Part shown: piece by piece, positions 54,581 through 61,694 of the stretch
Numbering within the stretch: position 1 is the stretch's first letter
How the letters are laid out: every line of letters starts with the position of its first letter
NCBI GenBank assembly: GCA_964510055.1
Contig: CAZDZY010000001.1
Coordinates: forward strand, 15,873 to 79,872
Length of the DNA: 64,000 nt
Direction: 5' to 3'
Origin: an uncultured Christensenellaceae bacterium
GTDB taxonomy: Bacteria > Bacillota > Clostridia > Christensenellales > SZUA-584
The notes under the pieces: generated by a model
Database searches by the model: none
What the model was told of the DNA's origin: nothing
Seen by the model: the letters and a program-made list of their open reading frames with translations, nothing else
Translations under genes and position numbers: made by a program

Positions 54581-54870
54581 GGTATCCGCATGTTCGTAAT
54601 AAAGCCTCGTTATCTCATCCCGGGTAAATATGATGCCTTTCCTTTCTTAATGCCTTTACCAGTAATACAACTGAAGGAGGCAAATCCTTGGTCCCTCCAA
54701 AAAATTTTCTCGCCCTGTTTCTCAGTATTGGTATCATGATAGTGCAGGGGCGTCCTGTGGACGCCCGCTTTGTTCGTACGTAATTATTTAATGATCGGTT
54801 CACCGGCACCAAACGAGAAAGATCTGCCTGCTGGCGATCAGAGATCGCCCAAGCGTTAATAACAGGTATA

Positions 54871-55656
54871 TCAACCTTTTTCTAATTCTATTGTCTCCCC
54901 GTCTTTCAATATAAGAGGATTCTCCGGAGTAAATTTGGCCGGGTCTGCGTCAAACATATGCACCGGGGTATTGTGCTTCGCCCCTATTATCTGCGCGCAT
55001 TCCATTGCCTCAGCCGCATCCATATTATACACGCCGTCGATCGGAAAGAACGCGTAATCTATGTTCCTTGCCTTAAGATCCGCCATCTCGTCTATTTTCG
55101 ACGTGTCGCATGCAATATACAAAACTACCCCGTCTACCGTGATAACGAATCCGCAGGAGCTCTTTATTGAATGGTTGCCGTTATACGCCGCTACCGGCTC
55201 GATCGCTATATCTGCAGACTCATACTTGTTGTAGGTTCCATCAGCGTTGTTGTTCTCTTTTTCCTTAAGCACCTTGCATCCCTCATTCTGCGTGCATAGG
55301 CTTATCTCATTGTGATCGGGATGCTGATGGCTTACGAGTATGATATCGGCGGGGTCGCCGTAATCTCCCGGAGCATGCGGGTCGATATAGATAACGACGC
55401 CGTCGGCCGTCTTTATCTTAAACGAGTTGTGCCCTATCCACGTAAGCTCGGGCGCCACTTCGTTTGACGGCTCTGCGCTCTCTGGCAGCTGTACAGTCTC
55501 CGACGGCTGTACGCTTTCCGGCGGCTGTACTCCCGATGGAGTTTCCGCGGCCGGCGTTGTATCACTGGCAGTATTCGCGGGCGCCTCCGTCTTTGCACAC
55601 GCAGCTGTCGTGAATAACATAGCGACAGCTAAAATCAAAACAATCAGCTTCTTCAT
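54871..55656 (-). CDS. Metallo-beta-lactamase-fold lipoprotein
   Basis: Lipobox TTAACA region after MKKLIVLILAVAMLF. A Pro/Glu/Ser-rich linker (QPPESVQPSETVQLPESAEPS). MBL motif SHQHPDH. Confidence 0.75.
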   Translation of the reverse strand: MKKLIVLILAVAMLFTTAACAKTEAPANTASDTTPAAETPSGVQPPESVQPSETVQLPESAEPSNEVAPELTWIGHNSFKIKTADGVVIYIDPHAPGDYGDPADIILVSHQHPDHNEISLCTQNEGCKVLKEKENNNADGTYNKYESADIAIEPVAAYNGNHSIKSSCGFVITVDGVVLYIACDTSKIDEMADLKARNIDYAFFPIDGVYNMDAAEAMECAQIIGAKHNTPVHMFDADPAKFTPENPLILKDGETIELEKG

Positions 55657-55838
55657 AAAAGATAATCTCCTTTAACATATGTGTATCGTATGGAATTATA
55701 TACAAGTCTTTATTGTTGCGCAAGCCAGTACTGCCCGAATAGTACGCTTAATATTCCATACCCGCAGGGCTCTGCCTGTACAAACCGCGTGCGCATGTTG
55801 TATAATATGCAGACATCGAATTTCGTCAGAAGGCGGAT

Positions 55839-57590
55839 ATGTTGGGTAATAAAAAGAAAAAAAACGGGGCTGTTAAACTGTTCGTGTCATACTACAGGCC
55901 GCACATAAAACTTTTCCTGCTCGACATGCTGTGCGCTTTTATGATAGCGGCGATAGACCTCTCTTTCCCGCTCGTTTCAAAATACGCTATGAGCGAACTG
56001 CTGCCAGCGAAAGCGTATGAAACGTTCTTTATCATAATGGGCGCGCTTATAGCCGCTTACTGCCTCCGCTCTGCATTTAGCTATATCGTAACATACTGGG
56101 GCCATACTCTCGGCATACGCATTGAGGCGGACATGAGGCGCGACCTTTTCACGCATATGCAAAAACTCAGTTTCCGCTTTTACGATACTCACCGCACCGG
56201 CAAGCTGATATCGCACGTGACGAACGACCTTTTTGAAGTGACCGAACTCGCCCATCACGGCCCGGAAGACCTGTTTATTTCGCTGGTCACCATAATAGGC
56301 TCTTTTATCGTCATGCTCGGCGTAAACTGGGTGCTCGCGCTCGTGCTCATAGTGCTCGTCCCGGCAGGCGTAATGCTCACTATGCTGCTGCGCGGCCGCA
56401 TGATGTCTGCTTCGGGGCGCGTGAAGGAGCGCACCGCTGCCATAAACTCGGGGCTGGAGATGAGCATATCGGGAGCGCGCGTAGCCAAAGCTTTTACCAA
56501 CGAGGAATATGAGATTGGGAGGTTCGCGGAAAACAATGATCGCTTCAAGTCCTCGAAACGCGAGTTTTACTCGGCTGTGGCGTGGTTCTCAAGCAGTATG
56601 GACCTGTTCACTAACCTGTTCTCAGTCGCGGTGATAGCCGTAGGCGGATACCTTATAATGCAGGGCAATTTCGACTACGTCGGGCTCGTTACTTTTACGC
56701 TGTATGTAGGCGTGTTCCTTCAGCCCATACGCCGTCTCTCGGCGTTCGCGGAACAGTATACCGTAGGGGCCGCGGGGTTTTCCCGTTTTTGCGGCCTGAT
56801 GGGCGAAGAGCCGGAGATAACCGACCTGCCGAACGCTATAGAACTTAAAAAAGTACGCGGCGACATCGTTTTTGAAAACGTGAGTTTCTCGTATAACGAC
56901 AAGACCTGCGTCCTCAAAGACCTGAATATGAAAGTTGACGCGGGTAGAACGCTCGCTTTGGTCGGGCCTTCGGGCGGCGGGAAAACGACGCTCTGCCATC
57001 TGATACCGCGCTTTTATGAAGTGGACAGCGGCCGGATAACGCTCGACGGGCACGATATAAGGAATATAAAGCTGGGTTCCCTGCGGCGCAGCATAGGCAT
57101 AGTCTCGCAGGACGTGTTCCTGTTCGCGGGAACGATAAAGGAGAACATACGCTACGGCCGCATAGAAGCGACGGACGAAGAGATAATAGAGGCGGCGAAA
57201 CGTGCCGAGATACACGACATGATAATGGAGATGGAGAACGGATACGATACCGAGGTGGGCGAACGCGGAGTAAGGCTCTCGGGCGGGCAGAAACAGAGGA
57301 TATCGATAGCGCGTATATTCTTAAAGAACCCGCCGGTGCTTATACTCGACGAGGCGACGTCTTCTCTCGACAGCGTTACTGAAACGAAGATACAGGCGTC
57401 GTTCGACGAGCTCTCCAGGGGCCGCACTACCCTTGTAATAGCGCACAGGCTCTCGACCGTACGCAGCGCGCATGAGATAGTCGTGATCGGCGAAGAGGGC
57501 ATAATAGAGCGCGGCGCGCATAAAGCGCTGCTCGAGGCGGGCGGCGAGTACGCGAAGCTTTATAAGAGTCAGTTCAGGGATGATACTTAA
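55839..57590 (+). CDS. ABC exporter, fused permease/ATPase (MsbA/MdlB-type)
   Basis: A 6-TM N-terminal domain, Walker A GPSGGGKTT, signature LSGGQKQR and Walker B LILDEATSSLD. Confidence 0.9.
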   Translation: MLGNKKKKNGAVKLFVSYYRPHIKLFLLDMLCAFMIAAIDLSFPLVSKYAMSELLPAKAYETFFIIMGALIAAYCLRSAFSYIVTYWGHTLGIRIEADMRRDLFTHMQKLSFRFYDTHRTGKLISHVTNDLFEVTELAHHGPEDLFISLVTIIGSFIVMLGVNWVLALVLIVLVPAGVMLTMLLRGRMMSASGRVKERTAAINSGLEMSISGARVAKAFTNEEYEIGRFAENNDRFKSSKREFYSAVAWFSSSMDLFTNLFSVAVIAVGGYLIMQGNFDYVGLVTFTLYVGVFLQPIRRLSAFAEQYTVGAAGFSRFCGLMGEEPEITDLPNAIELKKVRGDIVFENVSFSYNDKTCVLKDLNMKVDAGRTLALVGPSGGGKTTLCHLIPRFYEVDSGRITLDGHDIRNIKLGSLRRSIGIVSQDVFLFAGTIKENIRYGRIEATDEEIIEAAKRAEIHDMIMEMENGYDTEVGERGVRLSGGQKQRISIARIFLKNPPVLILDEATSSLDSVTETKIQASFDELSRGRTTLVIAHRLSTVRSAHEIVVIGEEGIIERGAHKALLEAGGEYAKLYKSQFRDDT

Positions 57591-59256
57591 ATTCCGGCAA
57601 CCGTGCCGCCCTTTATTACGAGATGAAATTTCGGCTGCTAAAATAACGTTTACATACGCCGGCCTCCGTATTACAATAGTTTTCGGTGAGGCATTAAAAA
57701 ATGACAAACATGGTAGTGTAAACAAAAGATTGTACAGATTGCTGAATAACCCGGACGAAATAAAGTGGAACATAGCTCTTAAGGGGGTTATGGCAGGCGT
57801 TGTCGCAGGTCTGGCTTCGGTATTTTACAGGATTATAATAGATTACGGCACTGAGTCCGCACTGGACATATACGCTTATCTCAGGACAAATCCTACTGTG
57901 ATCGCCGTTTGGATAGCCGCAATACTGGCAGCCGGAGTCCTTATCGGCTGGATGGTGAAAAAAGAGCCTATGGCGTCGGGAAGCGGCATACCGCAGGTCG
58001 AAGGCGTGCTTCTTTACGGGCTTAAAATGCGCTGGTATATCGTACTCGCAGTAAGGTTCGTCGGCGGAGCGCTCGGCTCTTTATTCGGTCTTTCCGTTGG
58101 CAGGGAAGGCCCGTCGATCCAGATAGGCGCTGCGGCCAGCCAGGGTATTTCAAAGTTCACCACAAAAACCAAACTGGAGCGGCATCTGCTCATTACAGGC
58201 GGAGCGGCGGCCGGCCTCTCGGCGGCGTTCAACGCTCCTGTCTCGGGTATGATCTTTGCCCTGGAAGAAGTACATAGAAGCTTTTCGCCTTACGTCCTTC
58301 TTGCCGCAACAGCCGCGTCGCTGACAGCTGATATCGTCTCCAAGACCATTTTCGGTTTAAAGCCCGTTCTCTACTTTGTGCAGATCCCGCAGCTCTCGAT
58401 CGAATATTACTGGTGGCTCGTCCCGGCCGCCGTCGTTTTCGGCTTTACAGGTTCACTGATGAACAAAACGTTGTTATGGGCGCAATTGCTTTATAAAAAA
58501 TTGCCCTGGTATTTAAGGGTATGCGCGGCGCTTTTTATTGCGCTGCCCTTCGGGCTTTTCCTCCCGCAGGTGCTGGGAGGCGGGCAAAACCTTATAGGCC
58601 TTGCCGAAAATACGGCGAATATCTTCGGGTTTATAGCGCTGCTCTTTATATTCAAGATCGTTTTTACCGGCCTTAGCTTCGGAAGCGGAACTCCCGGCGG
58701 CATATTCATGCCTATACTCTCCGTCGGAGCTCTGTCGGGGTGCCTTTTCGGTATGGCTGCGTCGCATCTCGGGCTGCCGCAGCAATTCATGCCAGTTTTT
58801 GTGGTATGCGGCATGGCCGGCGCTTTCGTTTCGTCGGTCAAAGCGCCAGTCACGGGTATACTGCTGACGGCAGAAATGTCGGGGTCGCTGGTGCACCTGC
58901 TGCCGGTGGCGCTCTGCGTGTTTATCGCCATGTTTATATCCGACCTGTTTAAGGTAAAGCCTGTATATGAAACGTTGCTTGAACGGTTTATGAGCGACAG
59001 CCCGATCACCGAAGAGGAGAAAGGCAGCGTGTTTGAGCTGCCTGTCGAGATGGGCAGCTGCATCGCGAATAAGATGATAAAGAACATCGAAATGCCGGGA
59101 AAGTGCCTTATAGTCGGTATACGCCGCGGGACTAAAGACCTCGTTCCCAGAGGAAATACGAAAATACTGTCCGGCGATTACCTTCTTATATTATGCGGCT
59201 CAGAAGACCCGGACGGCGTACGTGAGTTGATGGGAAAACTTTGCCGTTTAAATTAG
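57580..59256 (+). CDS. ClC-family chloride channel / H+-Cl- antiporter with a C-terminal TrkA-C (RCK_C) domain
   Basis: Selectivity motifs GSGIPQ, GREGPSIQIG, GIFMP. The C-terminal IVGIRRGTKDLVPRGNTKILSGDYLLI is TrkA-C-like. The first 50 or so residues of the listed ORF do not look protein-like, so the real start may be TTG 57730/57739. Confidence 0.85.
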   Translation: MILKFRQPCRPLLRDEISAAKITFTYAGLRITIVFGEALKNDKHGSVNKRLYRLLNNPDEIKWNIALKGVMAGVVAGLASVFYRIIIDYGTESALDIYAYLRTNPTVIAVWIAAILAAGVLIGWMVKKEPMASGSGIPQVEGVLLYGLKMRWYIVLAVRFVGGALGSLFGLSVGREGPSIQIGAAASQGISKFTTKTKLERHLLITGGAAAGLSAAFNAPVSGMIFALEEVHRSFSPYVLLAATAASLTADIVSKTIFGLKPVLYFVQIPQLSIEYYWWLVPAAVVFGFTGSLMNKTLLWAQLLYKKLPWYLRVCAALFIALPFGLFLPQVLGGGQNLIGLAENTANIFGFIALLFIFKIVFTGLSFGSGTPGGIFMPILSVGALSGCLFGMAASHLGLPQQFMPVFVVCGMAGAFVSSVKAPVTGILLTAEMSGSLVHLLPVALCVFIAMFISDLFKVKPVYETLLERFMSDSPITEEEKGSVFELPVEMGSCIANKMIKNIEMPGKCLIVGIRRGTKDLVPRGNTKILSGDYLLILCGSEDPDGVRELMGKLCRLN

Positions 59257-59337
59257 CGGATATGCTATAATATATTGTATATTATACGGAGACCGGTGGA
59301 TTCCCGGAAACCAAATCAGGACTACATGGAGGTCAAT

Positions 59338-59706
59338 ATGCTGGAACGTGAAGACAAGGAAAGAATAGAAAAGATAATGCGCGACCGCAAGGGAGCCGAC
59401 CGTTACCTCACGGAGAATTCTGAAGTTTACCGTGCGTTTTCTGACGTGGAGGAAAAGACATTCAAAGACGGCGCCCTCCCGGCGATGGAGAAGCAGCTCA
59501 TAGCAGCCGCGATCGGCATAAAAGACAACTGCGAATCGTGCATGGAGTCGCATATCAGGGAGGCGCTGCGCGCGGGCGCTACCGAACAGCAGGTAGTGGA
59601 GATGATAGAAGTCTGCATAGAAACGGGCGGCGGGCCCGCGACAGTGGCAGCGAGGTTCGCGCTAAAGGTCCTAGACTATTACAGGGATAACAAGCCTTTG
59701 GAGTAG
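59338..59706 (+). CDS. Carboxymuconolactone decarboxylase (AhpD-like) family protein
   Basis: GGAGG lies 5 nt before ATG 59338. Contains CxxC-H (CESCMESH) within the family core LIAAAIGIKDNCESCMESHIREALRAGAT. Confidence 0.75.
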   Translation: MLEREDKERIEKIMRDRKGADRYLTENSEVYRAFSDVEEKTFKDGALPAMEKQLIAAAIGIKDNCESCMESHIREALRAGATEQQVVEMIEVCIETGGGPATVAARFALKVLDYYRDNKPLE

Positions 59707-59712
59707 ATCATT

Positions 59713-59886
59713 ATGCTGAACCGTTTCGTAAAATATATAGCTTTAGGGGTACTAGTAATAGCGGCAGTATCCGTACTTTTTTTAACGCTGCGCATCGTTA
59801 TCCGTCTCGTGATTTTCGGCGCTTTGGCCTTAGGCGCTCTTTGGGTATTACGGAGCCTCAGGGGAAACAGCGGACAGGGGCAGTGA
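59713..59886 (+). CDS. 57-aa two-helix membrane protein, below the ORF-track cutoff
   Basis: The ATG lies 6 nt after the CMD stop, with GGAG upstream. Sequence: MLNRFVKYIALGVLVIAAVSVLFLTLRIVIRLVIFGALALGALWVLRSLRGNSGQGQ. Confidence 0.45.
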   Translation: MLNRFVKYIALGVLVIAAVSVLFLTLRIVIRLVIFGALALGALWVLRSLRGNSGQGQ

Positions 59887-60064
59887 GTCCGCTTCTGCAT
59901 CCAGTGCGGTTGCTATTTATTTATTGTACTTATTAGACCAGTATATACCGAGCCATCATCACAGGCATGGAATTTGGTTCGTACTCGGGCCGTACGCCTT
60001 GCTCATGTCATGGCATAAGTGGCTGTGGGAACGGTGCTGAGGTGCGCTTGAAAGGGCGGGAGTT

Positions 60065-60286
60065 ATGGACAATGAATTACGGTACAAAGTAATAAAAGTA
60101 GTGGTGATATTGGTTCTGGGCGCGCTCGCAGTCTACATTTTAATAACGACAGTACCTTTAATGCTAGAAGAAATGGGAACGCATAATTACGGCCATAGAA
60201 GTCATCTTTTTACTGATTTCATATTTCTTGTATTGATACTGCCTATTGCATTCATCATCATCGGGATAATACGCTCATGGAAGTAA
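60065..60286 (+). CDS. 73-aa two-helix membrane protein
   Basis: GGGCGGGAG SD. Hydrophobic helices VVVILVLGALAVYILITTVPL and FIFLVLILPIAFIIIGII. Confidence 0.45.
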   Translation: MDNELRYKVIKVVVILVLGALAVYILITTVPLMLEEMGTHNYGHRSHLFTDFIFLVLILPIAFIIIGIIRSWK

Positions 60287-60407
60287 GAGCGTATATATAA
60301 GATCTATGACGGCCATAGCGCTACAGTGCGGCGTTATGGCCTTTTCATGTCACGGGCTGCCATATGCGCACATAACGTATATTAATAATATATTTGGAGG
60401 CAAACAT

Positions 60408-61475
60408 ATGGCAAATATGGTTTATATAATGACAAATTCGGCTGATGGCAACGGGATCGCCGCCTTTCGCAGAATGAACGACGGCACACTCACGCCCGGC
60501 GGCATCTACAAAACGGGCGGCGCCGGCAGCGGGCCGCGCGGAGTCTCCCCTATGCCCGGTAACGGCATAGACCCTCTTCAATCGCAGGGTTCGATCGCAC
60601 TTTCGCGCGACAGGCGTTTTCTTTTTGCCGTCAATGCAGGCAGCGACAGCATATCGTCGTTCCGCGTGTCTATAGACGGCTCTCTTTCACTTACCGGAAC
60701 TGTACCCGCAGGGGCTCAGCCCGTCTGCTTATGCCAGTCCGGTAACATGCTTTACGCCGCACACGCGGGCAGCAGCCCCGATAATCTTGCATCGGGGATT
60801 TGGGGCTACACTATAAGCGGCAGCGGAGCACTAACCATTATACGCGGCTCGGGTCGCTCGCTCAGTATGACGGACGCACACCCTTCATGCATTACACCGA
60901 GCCCCGACGGCAGATACCTCGTTGTGTCTGAACTGAATACGAACCGCTTGAGTGTCTATGGAATAAGCTGGGATGGGACGCTCTCCGGCCCGGCAGTCAG
61001 CATGTCAAACGGACAAGGGCCTTTCGGGTCGGTATTTCTTTCGTCCGGGCTGCTGCTTGTGTCGGAAGCAGGAGCAAACGCGCTTACATCCTATATATTC
61101 GCCCAAGATGGCATGCTTTCTATGGTCAACACCGCGCCAAACGGCCAGATTGCGACCTGCTGGGTTGCATCCACTCCAAACGGACGATACGCATACACGG
61201 CAAACGCCGGAAGCGGAACCATATCGGCATATGGTATATCAATGAATGGTGTCCTTCGCCTTATCGATAACATACCGAGTACCATGCGGGGCACAATGGG
61301 AGCTCCAATAGATTGCGGAGTGAGCAATGACGGACGTAACTTCTATGTGCTTAACGGGAATCAGGGCTCCGTTTCAGCGTTCAGAATAGATGCCGGCGGC
61401 AAGCTCACGCTTCTTCAGTTGCTGACGGATACAGAGCTGCCTTCGCTTGGTTCTCAGGGTATGGCGGTGCTGTGA
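60408..61475 (+). CDS. Lactonase-type 7-bladed beta-propeller protein (6-phosphogluconolactonase/YbhE-like family)
   Basis: GGAGG lies 7 nt before ATG 60408. Blade motifs recur with (S/A)xSISx(F/Y)x(V/I) strands: DSISSFRVSIDGSL, NRLSVYGISWDGTL, NALTSYIFAQDGML, GTISAYGISMNGVL, GSVSAFRIDAGGKL. Confidence 0.65.
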   Translation: MANMVYIMTNSADGNGIAAFRRMNDGTLTPGGIYKTGGAGSGPRGVSPMPGNGIDPLQSQGSIALSRDRRFLFAVNAGSDSISSFRVSIDGSLSLTGTVPAGAQPVCLCQSGNMLYAAHAGSSPDNLASGIWGYTISGSGALTIIRGSGRSLSMTDAHPSCITPSPDGRYLVVSELNTNRLSVYGISWDGTLSGPAVSMSNGQGPFGSVFLSSGLLLVSEAGANALTSYIFAQDGMLSMVNTAPNGQIATCWVASTPNGRYAYTANAGSGTISAYGISMNGVLRLIDNIPSTMRGTMGAPIDCGVSNDGRNFYVLNGNQGSVSAFRIDAGGKLTLLQLLTDTELPSLGSQGMAVL

Positions 61476-61646
61476 CAGAGGCCAGGCTTATGAATCAGGC
61501 ACCCCATTCGATACGCGTTTTAAGGGCAGGGTTCAGTGCCCGCCCTTAAAGCCATCTTAGAATAAAAAAGTACTCCTTTAATGAGGACGCCCCCTGTTAC
61601 GATTCGCCGCATATTGCGGCGTACCCGGTTGATAATCCCCTCAAGT

Positions 61647-61688
61647 TAAAAAAACAGCACCCCTTTAAAAGCGCTGTTCCTGTTTTTT
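61647..61688. terminator. Bidirectional hairpin terminator between convergent genes
   Basis: AAAAAAACAGC-14 nt-GCTGTT followed by CCTGTTTTTT. Confidence 0.5.
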
Positions 61689-61694
61689 ACCGCG

